A DNA stretch of 64,000 bases. Source: Actinomycetota bacterium (GTDB lineage: Bacteria > Actinomycetota > Actinomycetes > Nanopelagicales > Nanopelagicaceae). The stretch is from assembly GCA_016870365.1 (NCBI GenBank), contig VGBW01000007.1, positions 1,317 to 65,316 of the forward strand, read 5' to 3'. Shown here piece by piece: positions 35,419-46,598 of this stretch. The notes under the pieces were generated by a model. That model saw only the letters and a list, made by a program, of their open reading frames with translations, searched no databases and had not been told where the DNA came from. The position numbers and the translations under genes were made by a program. Each line of letters starts with the position of its first letter. Within the stretch, counting starts at the first letter, position 1.

Positions 35419-36735
35419 ATGGCTAAAGAGGATGTAGAGATAGCAAAGCAGAAGGAGTTTGTCCTTCGCACCCTTGAGGAGCGCGATATCCGCTTCGTTC
35501 GTCTCTGGTTTACCGATGTTTTAGGGTTCTTAAAGTCTGTTGCAATTGCCCCACCAGAGCTTGAAAATGCCTTTGCTGAAGGGATTGGCTTTGATGGCTC
35601 TGCCATCGAAGGATTTGCCAGAGGCAGTGAATCGGATATGTTACTAAAGCCAGATCCGGCAACATTCTCTATTCTGCCCTGGAGAACTGAGAGACCAGGG
35701 GCAGCAAGAATCTTCTGCGATATCGCGCTGCCTGACTCGGCTCCATCTCCTGCCGACTCCAGAAATGTCTTGAAGAGAGTTCTAGAGAAAGCTGCCAAGA
35801 TGGGGTATACCTGCTACACCCATCCTGAGATTGAGTTCTTCCTATTTAAAGATGCTCCAGTTGCTGGGGTGAGACCAACTCCGGTTGATGCTGGAGGTTA
35901 CTTCGATCAAACCCCAATTGCCATTGGCCAGGATTTTCGTAGGCAAGCAATTACCTTGCTTGAAGCAATGGGGGTCTCAGTTGAATTCAGCCATCATGAA
36001 GTAGCTCCCGGGCAGCAAGAAATCGATCTGCGCTATGCCGATGCGCTAAGCACTGCAGATAACATCATGACCTTTCGCCATATCATCAAAGAAGTAGCCC
36101 TTGATCAAGGCTGTCATGCATCCTTTATCCCAAAGCCCTTTACTGAGCATCCTGGCTCTGGGATGCATACTCACTTCTCACTCTTTCAAGGAGAGAAGAA
36201 TGCTTTCTATAAAGACGGAGCATCAAGTGATGAGTTATCAGAGGTCGGTAGATCATTTATCGCAGGAATTATTGAACATGCTCCAGAATTCATCGCCGTC
36301 ACCAACCAATGGGTTAACTCTTATAAACGCCTACATGGCGGGGGAGAGGCTCCAGCAAAGATAAGTTGGGGCGCGCAGAATCGCGATGCCATGATCAGAA
36401 TTCCGCGCTATAAACCAAATAAAGAGAATTCAACCAGAATCGAATTTAGAGCCCCAGATTCAGCATGCAATCCCTATCTGGCATTTGCCGTCACCATCGC
36501 CGCAGGGCTTAGGGGCGTTGAGAGTGGATATGGATTAAGCGTGCAGGCCAGTCCCGCCAGCCTTCCTGCCGATCTAAATGAAGCTATCTTGGCGATGCAG
36601 GCCAGCGATCTGGTAAGACAGTGCCTAGGGGAGCACCTCTTTGATTACTTCCTGCGTAATAAGCGAGCTGAGTGGCAGGAGTACCGCCAGCAGGTAACTG
36701 CCTTTGAACTTGATCGCTATTTGCCAGTGCTGTAA
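35419..36735 (+). CDS. glnA: Type I glutamine synthetase (actinobacterial GlnA2-like)
   Basis: 438 aa with KEFVLRTLEERDIRFVRLWFTDVLGFLKSVAI and FIPKPF..HPGSGMHTHFSL. Confidence 0.93.
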   Translation: MAKEDVEIAKQKEFVLRTLEERDIRFVRLWFTDVLGFLKSVAIAPPELENAFAEGIGFDGSAIEGFARGSESDMLLKPDPATFSILPWRTERPGAARIFCDIALPDSAPSPADSRNVLKRVLEKAAKMGYTCYTHPEIEFFLFKDAPVAGVRPTPVDAGGYFDQTPIAIGQDFRRQAITLLEAMGVSVEFSHHEVAPGQQEIDLRYADALSTADNIMTFRHIIKEVALDQGCHASFIPKPFTEHPGSGMHTHFSLFQGEKNAFYKDGASSDELSEVGRSFIAGIIEHAPEFIAVTNQWVNSYKRLHGGGEAPAKISWGAQNRDAMIRIPRYKPNKENSTRIEFRAPDSACNPYLAFAVTIAAGLRGVESGYGLSVQASPASLPADLNEAILAMQASDLVRQCLGEHLFDYFLRNKRAEWQEYRQQVTAFELDRYLPVL

Positions 36736-36757
36736 GGCTTTGGATAACCTTGGGGCC

Positions 36758-36858
36758 ATGTTACGCAGCGAAGTATCACTCCTAGCTCTTTTGGGCACAC
36801 TCCTTCTTCGCTGCCGTGGCGAGGCCAAATAGCCGGTCTCCTCGCTACGGGGTTTTAG
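36758..36858 (+). promoter_or_regulatory. Leu-rich leader peptide plus terminator-like hairpin (leuA attenuator candidate)
   Basis: The 24-codon ORF MLRSEVSLLALLGTLLLRCRGEAK (36758-36832) has 8 Leu, including LL, LL and LLL runs. The hairpin CGTGGCGAGG...CCTCGCTACG (36815-36849) overlaps the leader stop and is followed by GGGTTTT. Confidence 0.55.
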
Positions 36859-36888
36859 CGCACTGGTTATCGGTAGCAAGAAACCTAG

Positions 36889-38622
<1,734 letters not shown>

Positions 38623-38638
38623 CTATCTGCTCTAAGTT

Positions 38639-39385
38639 GTGCTCGTGGCGCTCTATCGTGATCAGGCTGTAGTAATTAGAACCCAGAAGCTTGGGGAGGC
38701 AGATCGCATCGTCACCCTGTTTTCAAGGCAGCGCGGGCGCATCAGAGCGGTGGCAAAGGGGGTAAGGCGGACTAGATCCAAGTTTGGCGCTCGATTAGAG
38801 CCAGCTAGCTATGTTGACATCCAGCTCTATACCGGAAAGACCTTTGATGTAGTGACTCAAGTTGAAGCGCTAGAGAATTATGGCGATGCCATCTCAGGCG
38901 ATTATCAGAGATGGACTATCGCCTCTGCCATATTGGAAACTGCCGAGCGCTTTACCAATAACGAGGGAGAGCCAGCGCTCCAACAATTCTTACTTTTAAC
39001 TGGCGCTCTTAAGTCCCTTGCTCACCAGAGCCATGATCCATCACTCATTCTTGATGCTTATCTCCTTCGATCACTTTCAATTGCTGGCTATGCCCCATCT
39101 ATGACGATCTGTTCCAGATGCGCGGCACCAGGACCTCATAAGTACTTCTCATTAGTGGGTGGAGGATCAGTCTGCTTAGAATGTCGACCCTCTGCCTCAG
39201 CAACTCCCGCTCTTGAAACTCTTGAATTGATGTCAGATCTAGTAAGCGGTGATTGGCAAGCCGCAGAGCAGAGTGATATTCGACATCGCAGAGAGGCATC
39301 CGGCTTGATTGCTGCCTATCTGCAATGGCATTTGGAGCGAAACTTGCGCTCACTTCCAATGGTTGAAAGAGTAAGTCCATGGTGA
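38639..39385 (+). CDS. recO: DNA repair protein RecO
   Basis: [51 protein letters not shown] and a CxxC...CxxC Zn module. Confidence 0.9.
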   Translation: MLVALYRDQAVVIRTQKLGEADRIVTLFSRQRGRIRAVAKGVRRTRSKFGARLEPASYVDIQLYTGKTFDVVTQVEALENYGDAISGDYQRWTIASAILETAERFTNNEGEPALQQFLLLTGALKSLAHQSHDPSLILDAYLLRSLSIAGYAPSMTICSRCAAPGPHKYFSLVGGGSVCLECRPSASATPALETLELMSDLVSGDWQAAEQSDIRHRREASGLIAAYLQWHLERNLRSLPMVERVSPW

Positions 39386-40101
39386 TGCCCAAGATTGCCA
39401 AGGAGAAGATTCCCAATCATGTGGCGCTAGTGATGGATGGTAATGGCAGATGGGCCAAAGCCCGGGGACTTGCCAGAACCAAGGGCCATGAAGCAGGTGA
39501 GATTGCCCTATTTGATGTAGTTCAAGGAGCAATCGACATTGGCGTAAGAGAGTTATCTGCATTTGCCTTCTCGACGGAGAATTGGAGAAGGTCCCCCGAT
39601 GAAGTCAGATTCCTAATGGGTTTTAACCGGGAGGTAATAAGGCGCCGGCGAGATCAGATGAATGAGATGGGGGTAAAGATTCGCTGGGTAGGAGCGCCTA
39701 GGAGGCTCTGGAAGTCGGTGATCCAGGAACTTGAGATAGCCCAAGAGCTAACGAAGAAGAACAAAGTCTTAACTTTGAATATGTGCGTGAACTACGGAGG
39801 CAGAGCAGAGATTGCTGCTGCTGCTCAGGGGATTGCTAAAGATGTTGCCAAGAGGAAGATCAAAGCAGATCAGATAAACGAACGCCTCTTTGCCAAATAC
39901 CTAGATGAGCCAGGCATGAGCGATGTTGATCTCTTCCTTAGATCATCAGGGGAGCTGCGAACCTCAAACTTTCTGATCTGGCAATCGGCTTATGCCGAGC
40001 TAGTCTTTATGGATGTGCTCTGGCCTGATGTAACTAGAGATACCTTATGGCGAGCCGTCGAGGTTTACTCTAAACGCGATCGACGATTCGGAATGGCTTA
40101 A
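39379..40101 (+). CDS. uppS: Isoprenyl (undecaprenyl/decaprenyl-type Z-prenyl) diphosphate synthase
   Basis: [23 protein letters not shown] and [11 protein letters not shown]. Confidence 0.92.
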   Translation: MVMPKIAKEKIPNHVALVMDGNGRWAKARGLARTKGHEAGEIALFDVVQGAIDIGVRELSAFAFSTENWRRSPDEVRFLMGFNREVIRRRRDQMNEMGVKIRWVGAPRRLWKSVIQELEIAQELTKKNKVLTLNMCVNYGGRAEIAAAAQGIAKDVAKRKIKADQINERLFAKYLDEPGMSDVDLFLRSSGELRTSNFLIWQSAYAELVFMDVLWPDVTRDTLWRAVEVYSKRDRRFGMA

Positions 40102-40102
40102 T

Positions 40103-40708
40103 ATGAGTAGAAGCAATGTGCAATTCTGGTTTGATCCTATCTGTCCTTGGGCCTTCATGACTTCACGCTGGCTACTAGAAGTGGAGAAGATCAGGGATAT
40201 CTCTATTACTTGGAATCTGTTTAGCCTAGCTCACCTAAACCGCGATAAAGAAGTAGCCCCAGAGTATAAGGCAAAACTCATTCGCTCCTGGCAGGCCACC
40301 AGGGTTATTGCCGCTGCGCAAGAGAAGAGCGGTCCTGAAATAACTCTTCCGCTCTACAGCGCCATCTCATCAAGGATCCACTTAAAGAAAATGGATGTTG
40401 GTCATGAGCTATTTGCCCAAGCTCTTATTGAGGTTGGCGCAGATGCAGAATTAGCTGGCGCAGAGAATGACTCAAGTTTTGATAAAACAATTATTGCTAG
40501 CCATGAAGCAGGTATTGGCCTTGTCGGAAGTGATGTAGGAACTCCAATCATTGCCGTTGAGGGAATTGCATTCTTTGGTCCGGTTATCTCACCTGCTCCG
40601 AAAGGCGAAGAGGCTGGAAAGTTGTGGGACGGAGTATTGCTATCAGCGAGCTATCCTGGGTTTTTTGAGATAAAGAGAAGTAGGACCGTCGGCCCGATCT
40701 TTGATTAG
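40103..40708 (+). CDS. DsbA-like thioredoxin-fold protein (FrnE/HCCA-isomerase-like)
   Basis: The N-terminus is FWFDPICPWAF, so the active site is CPWA with a single Cys. 201 aa. Confidence 0.75.
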   Translation: MSRSNVQFWFDPICPWAFMTSRWLLEVEKIRDISITWNLFSLAHLNRDKEVAPEYKAKLIRSWQATRVIAAAQEKSGPEITLPLYSAISSRIHLKKMDVGHELFAQALIEVGADAELAGAENDSSFDKTIIASHEAGIGLVGSDVGTPIIAVEGIAFFGPVISPAPKGEEAGKLWDGVLLSASYPGFFEIKRSRTVGPIFD

Positions 40709-40718
40709 GAGTTAGAAG

Positions 40719-41081
40719 ATGTTATTAATTCAAGGCCAAGAAGTTAAGTATCAATTGACTTTTCTGGAATCACTTGGCGCTTTTGCAAAGTCTCCACGAG
40801 CACGAGTCTCCAATCTATTGAGCATCGAGTATTTTGAAAACCCCTGGACCAGTGTGCTTCGTGGCATCCGATTGCCAGGAACTGGAATTCCCTATGTTAT
40901 TATGCTCGGAACTATGCGCTATCGAGGAGGCAAGGATTTCACTGTGGTCTATAAACGCAGGCCAGTGTGGGTTTTAGAGTTCAGAGATGAAGAATATGAG
41001 CGTTGGGTTATTCCAGCAGAGCCAAATAGGAGCGCAGTCAGTGAGCTACAGAGGCAGATCAGCGGGGGTGGGGGCAGTTAA
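40719..41081 (+). CDS. Hypothetical protein (120 aa)
   Basis: The ORF has a GGAG-type SD (aggagttagaag ATG). I cannot name a family with confidence. The 3' end overlaps the convergent microprotein gene. Confidence 0.5.
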   Translation: MLLIQGQEVKYQLTFLESLGAFAKSPRARVSNLLSIEYFENPWTSVLRGIRLPGTGIPYVIMLGTMRYRGGKDFTVVYKRRPVWVLEFRDEEYERWVIPAEPNRSAVSELQRQISGGGGS

Positions 41082-41228
41082 TAGCGCCCCGCAATCTGCG
41101 CAACTGGCATTATCAAGTAAGTACATCTCGATTTCATAGTTTTCAGGGTTAAAAGATGCCGTTATATTGATCAAGTTGCTCTGGCAAAACGGGCAGATTG
41201 GCGTGGGAATCCCGCGAATATCAGCCAT
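41046..41228 (-). CDS. 60-aa 4-Cys zinc-ribbon-like microprotein
   Basis: MADIRGIPTPICPFCQSN...NASCADCGALL (CxxC...CxxC). The ATG at 41228 overlaps the last codons and stop of the ZIP gene by 8 nt, which suggests translational coupling. Confidence 0.5.
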   Translation of the reverse strand: MADIRGIPTPICPFCQSNLINITASFNPENYEIEMYLLDNASCADCGALLTAPTPADLPL

Positions 41229-42042
41229 TATCTTCTTCCTCGTGATCATGATCTTCCTCATCACCATGTTCAATTCCTGATTCATGACCGTGAACATGAA
41301 CTGCTTCCAATTGACCTGCCAGGCTCCACATAATCAAGACGCCAGCGATTGTTGAGACTAGAGTCCAGCGCGATTGGTGGCGGGCATGTGCTTCAGGAAG
41401 GATGTGACTGGTTGCAAGATAAATAAGGATTCCTGAGAAAGTTGCAAGATAGAGCGCAGTCAGATCTTCGCTAAGTGCCAGGCTGGAGCCTACCGCTGCT
41501 CCGCTAATTCTGGCAATAGAGTCAACGCCAATTAGCCAGATGCCTTTGCGGGTCCACTTACCGCTCTTTACTAAAAGTGAGACAGTATTTAATCCATCGC
41601 TAAATGCATGAACTAGAAGAGCGACAAATACTGCAATTCCGAGCTTTTCATCAATGCTAAATGCCACTCCGAGTGCTAGCCCATCTAAGAATACATGGCC
41701 GGCCATGGCAAAAGCGCCCAGGCCTCCAGCGACATTTACTCGATGCTTATGATCATCACTGAACTCAGATTCTGCTGGCTCATGGGCACCAAAGAATTTC
41801 TCATATAGATGAAGTAGTAGGAAGCCAGCAACTAGAGCTACAGATACTGCAGGAGCTCCAAGGAGAGTTGAGGTAGACATTTCAAAGACTTCAGGCAAGA
41901 GATTGAATGCGACTAGCCCCAGGAGCAGACCGGCGGCAAGACCTAGAACGAGGTGGAGGCGATCTTTGGCTTTTAGCGCAAGAAGGCCGCCAGCCGCAGT
42001 TGCCAGAGCCGTTGCAGCAGCCAGGAGGATAGGGAGGTTCAT
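41221..42042 (-). CDS. ZIP-family divalent metal (zinc) transporter with a His/Asp/Glu-rich C-terminal tail
   Basis: Multi-TM protein with HAFSDGL and HILPE motifs and the tail HVHGHESGIEHGDEEDHDHEEEDNG. I chose the start MNLPILL at 42042. A Zur box lies 21 nt upstream. There is no SD, and TAACTT lies 7 nt before the ATG, so the mRNA may be leaderless. Confidence 0.88.
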   Translation of the reverse strand: MNLPILLAAATALATAAGGLLALKAKDRLHLVLGLAAGLLLGLVAFNLLPEVFEMSTSTLLGAPAVSVALVAGFLLLHLYEKFFGAHEPAESEFSDDHKHRVNVAGGLGAFAMAGHVFLDGLALGVAFSIDEKLGIAVFVALLVHAFSDGLNTVSLLVKSGKWTRKGIWLIGVDSIARISGAAVGSSLALSEDLTALYLATFSGILIYLATSHILPEAHARHQSRWTLVSTIAGVLIMWSLAGQLEAVHVHGHESGIEHGDEEDHDHEEEDNG

Positions 42043-42062
42043 GGAGCGGAAGTTAGCACAAG

Positions 42063-42077
42063 TGAGAATCATTTTCA
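42063..42077. promoter_or_regulatory. Zur box TGAGAAT-C-ATTTTCA
   Basis: A 7-1-7 inverted repeat close to the actinobacterial Zur consensus TGAAAATGATTTTCA. It lies in the ZIP/glyS divergent region. Confidence 0.65.
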
Positions 42078-42197
42078 TTAGGGGGGTTAAGGGATCTAGC
42101 TGTGTCCCTGGGGGTAAAATTGGCCCACTGCGCCCAGCTTGCTTTTTTGAACTGCGACCGGTGCGCACCACCTGCAGCCAGCCGGATGGAGATCACC

Positions 42198-43574
42198 ATG
42201 GCAGATCGTCTTGAAGTAATCGTTAGCCTGGCCAAGCGCCGTGGCTTTGTCTATCCCTCATCTGAAATCTATGGCGGTCTTCGGGCCTCTTGGGATTACG
42301 GCCCCCTTGGAGTTGAGCTAAAAAATAATGTTAAGCGCCAATGGTGGAAGTCGGTGGTCACCGGCAGAGAAGATGTAGTGGGTCTTGATTCCTGCGTCAT
42401 CTTGGCTAGAGAAGTCTGGGAAGCGTCAGGCCATGTTGGGACCTTTAGTGATCCACTGACAGAGTGCACTGCATGTCATAAGCGACATCGCGCAGACCAT
42501 CTAGAAGAGGCTTATGAGGCAAGGCATGGCAAGAAGCCTTCATCGCTTGCAGATATCAATTGCCCGCATTGTGGCGCGAAGGGAAAGTTCACAACCCCTA
42601 AGCAATTCTCAGGGCTTCTTAAAACAGTTTTAGGCTCCGTTGAGGATGAATCAGGACTTACATATCTAAGACCTGAAACCGCTCAGGGGATATTCATTAA
42701 CTTTGATAATGTGGCCACTACTGCTAGGAAGAAACCGCCATTTGGAATTGGGCAGATTGGAAAGTCCTTTAGAAATGAAATAACTCCGGGAAACTTCATC
42801 TTCCGTACTAGGGAATTCGAACAGATGGAGATGGAATTCTTCGTTGCGCCTGGCACTGATGAAGAGTGGCATCAGAAATGGATTAATACCAGGCTTGCTT
42901 GGTATGTTGATTTAGGGATCAATCCTGAGCGCCTGCGTTTGTTTGAACACCCTAAAGAAAAACTCTCGCATTACTCCAAGAGAACTGTCGATATCGAGTA
43001 TAAGTTTGAATTCACAGGAATGATGTGGGGAGAGCTAGAGGGAATTGCAAATAGGACCAACTTTGATCTAAAGGCCCACTCAGAAAAATCTGGCAAGGAT
43101 CTCTCATTCTTTGATCAAGAGAAGAGTGAGCGCTGGTTTCCCTATGTTATTGAGCCTGCAGCCGGGGTTGATCGCTGCGCTCTGACCTTCTTAATGGATG
43201 CTTATAGCGAGGATGAGGCGCCAAATTCCAAGGGTGAGATGGAAAGGCGCGTGGTACTTCGCCTTGATAATCGCCTTGCGCCAGTGAAAGTAGCAGTGCT
43301 TCCTTTATCTAGAAATGCTGACCTATCACCAAAGGCTAGAGATCTAGCAGCGGCGCTACGTAAAAACTGGAGCGTTGAATTTGATGATGCCGGAGCAATT
43401 GGTCGGCGCTATCGCAGGCAAGATGAAATCGGCACTCCCTATGCCATCACTGTTGATTTTGATACTTTAAGTGATAACGCGGTGACTATAAGAGAGCGTG
43501 ACTCAATGAAACAAGAGCGAATAAGTATTGACCAGGTCGAGGCATGGTTAGCCCCACATCTACTGGGCTGCTAG
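42198..43574 (+). CDS. glyQS: Glycine--tRNA ligase (class II, homodimeric type)
   Basis: [52 protein letters not shown] and IEPAAGVDR. The start at 42198 follows GGAG. Confidence 0.93.
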   Translation: MADRLEVIVSLAKRRGFVYPSSEIYGGLRASWDYGPLGVELKNNVKRQWWKSVVTGREDVVGLDSCVILAREVWEASGHVGTFSDPLTECTACHKRHRADHLEEAYEARHGKKPSSLADINCPHCGAKGKFTTPKQFSGLLKTVLGSVEDESGLTYLRPETAQGIFINFDNVATTARKKPPFGIGQIGKSFRNEITPGNFIFRTREFEQMEMEFFVAPGTDEEWHQKWINTRLAWYVDLGINPERLRLFEHPKEKLSHYSKRTVDIEYKFEFTGMMWGELEGIANRTNFDLKAHSEKSGKDLSFFDQEKSERWFPYVIEPAAGVDRCALTFLMDAYSEDEAPNSKGEMERRVVLRLDNRLAPVKVAVLPLSRNADLSPKARDLAAALRKNWSVEFDDAGAIGRRYRRQDEIGTPYAITVDFDTLSDNAVTIRERDSMKQERISIDQVEAWLAPHLLGC

Positions 43575-44716
43575 ATCTAGAGTCGCTTCATCTTCCAATT
43601 CGTGGTGGCGGTCTAGATTTAACTGCCCCAGTTGTCCTAGCACCAATGGCAGGCATTACCAATGCTGCCTTCAGAACGCTATGTCGAGAACAAGGGGCAG
43701 CCCTCTTTGTCTCTGAGATGGTAACAGCTAGGGCTTTGATCGAAGGAAATGATGAGACGCTTCGGATGATTACTCCGGGAGTTGACGAGCATCCCCGCTC
43801 TATTCAACTGTATGCCACTACTGCTGGTGATCTATCAAGAGCAGTCGAAATATTAGGAAGCAGAGATCTAGCAGATCATATTGATTTGAATTTTGGTTGC
43901 CCGGTGCCAAAAGTCACCAGGAAAGGTGGAGGTTCAGCACTTCCCTATAAGCGTCGCCTCTTTGCATCTCTAGTCGAAGCTGCAATCACTGGCGCAAGTA
44001 GATACCAGATTCCAGTAACAGTGAAAATGAGAGTTGGAATTGATAGCCAAAATGAGACTTACTTGGATGCTGGAAGAATTGCGGCAGATCTAGGGGTTGC
44101 TTGGGTGGCACTTCATGCAAGGACTGCAGCCCAGCTCTATGAAGGGAGATCTGATTGGAGCAAGATAAGGAATTTGGTGCAGCACCTCGCCCCAACAGGT
44201 GTTCCAGTGCTGGGAAATGGCGATATCTGGTCAGCCTCTGATGCCATAAAGATGGTTAAGACCACAGGCTGTGCTGGAGTTGTCGTTGGCAGGGGGTGCC
44301 TCGGGCGGCCATGGCTATTTGCAGATCTAGTAGCTGCATTCAATGGCCAAGCAATAAGAGGCCTTCCGAGCCTTTTTGAGGTAAGAGGGATTATCTATCG
44401 CCATGCACAGCTACTTACCGAGTACTTTGCAAGTGAGGATAGGGCCTGTAGAGATTTGAGGAAACATATGGCCTGGTACTTAAAGGGCTTCAGAGTAGAA
44501 CGTGAGTTGAGAGCAAGATTTGGCATGGTTTCATCACTTCTTGGACTTCGAGGGCTCCTAGATCAACTAATAGATCAACCATATCCAGTTGCAATTGGTG
44601 ATGAGCCAAGAGGGCGTACCAGCCATGGACGTGCTGTTAGTTTGCCTGATGGGTGGCTTGATGATCCAGATGAATTGGTAGCTGTAGATGGTAGAGATTG
44701 CGGATCTGGTGGTTGA
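43544..44716 (+). CDS. dus: tRNA-dihydrouridine synthase
   Basis: [25 protein letters not shown] and VTVKMR(V)G. Confidence 0.88.
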   Translation: MVSPTSTGLLDLESLHLPIRGGGLDLTAPVVLAPMAGITNAAFRTLCREQGAALFVSEMVTARALIEGNDETLRMITPGVDEHPRSIQLYATTAGDLSRAVEILGSRDLADHIDLNFGCPVPKVTRKGGGSALPYKRRLFASLVEAAITGASRYQIPVTVKMRVGIDSQNETYLDAGRIAADLGVAWVALHARTAAQLYEGRSDWSKIRNLVQHLAPTGVPVLGNGDIWSASDAIKMVKTTGCAGVVVGRGCLGRPWLFADLVAAFNGQAIRGLPSLFEVRGIIYRHAQLLTEYFASEDRACRDLRKHMAWYLKGFRVERELRARFGMVSSLLGLRGLLDQLIDQPYPVAIGDEPRGRTSHGRAVSLPDGWLDDPDELVAVDGRDCGSGG

Positions 44717-45339
44717 TGTTTTTGTTTAAATTTGTTTGGAAGTTTACTTCCTTTCTGCTACTTGTTGCTTTTGTGATACCCACTTGGGCGATAGGAAAGA
44801 TTTGGTATACCGCACAAAATGAAACCATTGGCAAAGCAGATGCCATTGTTGTCATGGGCGCTGCGCAATTAGATGGCAGACCCGGTGAGGTTCTAGAAGC
44901 AAGACTTAAAGAGACCTTGCGAATCTATGAGAAAGGATTTGCTAAGAAGATCTACACCTTAGGAACTGGTGCTCCAGGTGATCGCTTCACAGAGGCAGCA
45001 GCATCGAGAAGCTATTTGATTTCTAGGGGAATCAAGGCAACAAGCATTACTGCCGTAAGCAAGGGGCGTGACACTTATAGAAGCATCGAAGCTCTTTCAA
45101 AGGGCGTTGGAGTCAAAAGTATCAAAGAAGTTATTATTGTTACCGATCCTTATCATTGCTTAAGATCTATGACGATGGCTAATGACTTTGGATTTAACGC
45201 TACCTGCTCGCCCGTTAGGGCTGGTATTGCTAGCCTGGAAGAGGCTGGATTTCGCTATCTATTGCGAGAGAGTGGGGCCTATCTTGCCTACCTAACTCTT
45301 GGGCGCCGTGGCATACACATCAGCGACCACGTAGCCTGA
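44698..45339 (+). CDS. YdcF/DUF218-family protein
   Basis: An N-terminal TM, then DAIVVMGAAQLDGRPGEVLEARL and IIVTDPYH. Confidence 0.8.
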   Translation: MRIWWLMFLFKFVWKFTSFLLLVAFVIPTWAIGKIWYTAQNETIGKADAIVVMGAAQLDGRPGEVLEARLKETLRIYEKGFAKKIYTLGTGAPGDRFTEAAASRSYLISRGIKATSITAVSKGRDTYRSIEALSKGVGVKSIKEVIIVTDPYHCLRSMTMANDFGFNATCSPVRAGIASLEEAGFRYLLRESGAYLAYLTLGRRGIHISDHVA

Positions 45340-45346
45340 GCACCTC

Positions 45347-46588
45347 ATGGTTCTGCATCCGGCAAATGAGCATCCAGGCTATGGCGAGCTTGACCGCGCA
45401 AGATTTCTAGATGAACCAGCGAAGCGAAAAGGGCGCACCGAGTTCGCCAGAGATCGCGCCCGAATTATTCATTCATTTGCGCTAAGGCGTCTTGCGGCCA
45501 AGACTCAAGTGGCAGTTCCTTGGGCCAGTGATTTCCCTAGAACCAGACTCTCTCACTCGCTGGAATGCGCTCAAGTTGGCAGGGAGATAGGAGCCGCCCT
45601 AGGGGCCGACCCTGATTTATTGGAGAGTGCCTGCCTGGCCCATGACCTAGGTCATCCTCCTTTTGGTCATAATGGTGAGCAAGCTCTGGCAAAGATTGCT
45701 AAAGACATCGGCGGCTTTGAAGGAAATGCGCAGAGTTTTAGATTATTGACCAGAATTGAGGCAAAGACTGTTGACCAAGATGGTCTCTCTGTTGGTCTTA
45801 ACTTAACTAGAGCAACCCTGGATGCCGCGACCAAATATCCGTGGGGCAGCAAAGAGAATCAAAGCAAGTTTGGGGTTTACCAAGATGACTTAGAGATATT
45901 TGAGTGGGTAAGACGAGAAGCAGTTGAGACAAGAACTTGCATGGAAGCCCAGATCATGGATTGGTCAGATGATGTGGCCTACAGCGTCCACGACCTAGAA
46001 GATGGTCTAGTTACTGGACAAATTGAGATCTCAAAGTTAGATGATGATCTAGAACATCTCTATCAAACAGCTCTCAGAGATTATCTACCCGATATGAGCC
46101 AGGACGAGGCATCATCTGCCCTTAGCTCGCTGCACAAGCTTTCTTGTTGGCCAAGAGAATTTGATGGAAGCCATAGAGATCTAGCCCAGCTCAAGGATTT
46201 AACTAGCCAATTAATAGGTCGCTTTGCACTTTATGCCGAGCGAGAAACTAGGCAGCGATACGGAGATGGAAATCTAACGCGCTATCAAGCAAATCTGATC
46301 GTGCCTCGAGAGGTTAGAATTGAGGTTGCCCTGCTTAAATCAATGGCTGGCTTCTATATTATTGGGGCCGAAGTATCGCAAGAACGCTATGCCCAGCAAG
46401 AGGCGGTAATCGTTGAATTAGTTGAGGCAGTCAGCCGCCTTGCCCCTGCAAGCCTAGAGAGTTTCTTCCTCCAGCAGTGGCAGGTAGCAGAGAGTGAATC
46501 GGCCAAGATGCGGGTGGTAGTAGATCAGGTGGCATCCTTAACAGACATGGGTGCATACGCCCTGCATAAGAAATTGATTGGGGCTTAG
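45347..46588 (+). CDS. dgt: dGTP triphosphohydrolase-like HD-domain protein
   Basis: FARDRARIIHSFALRRLA.KTQV, THSLE(C)AQVGR and AHDLGHPPFGH. Confidence 0.88.
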   Translation: MVLHPANEHPGYGELDRARFLDEPAKRKGRTEFARDRARIIHSFALRRLAAKTQVAVPWASDFPRTRLSHSLECAQVGREIGAALGADPDLLESACLAHDLGHPPFGHNGEQALAKIAKDIGGFEGNAQSFRLLTRIEAKTVDQDGLSVGLNLTRATLDAATKYPWGSKENQSKFGVYQDDLEIFEWVRREAVETRTCMEAQIMDWSDDVAYSVHDLEDGLVTGQIEISKLDDDLEHLYQTALRDYLPDMSQDEASSALSSLHKLSCWPREFDGSHRDLAQLKDLTSQLIGRFALYAERETRQRYGDGNLTRYQANLIVPREVRIEVALLKSMAGFYIIGAEVSQERYAQQEAVIVELVEAVSRLAPASLESFFLQQWQVAESESAKMRVVVDQVASLTDMGAYALHKKLIGA

Positions 46589-46598
46589 GATTACAGCT

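Noticed and set aside
42160-42169. The 10-bp palindrome GGTGCGCACC upstream of glyQS.
   Set aside because: It is a short GC palindrome with no flanking symmetry and no known matching operator, so it is likely chance.
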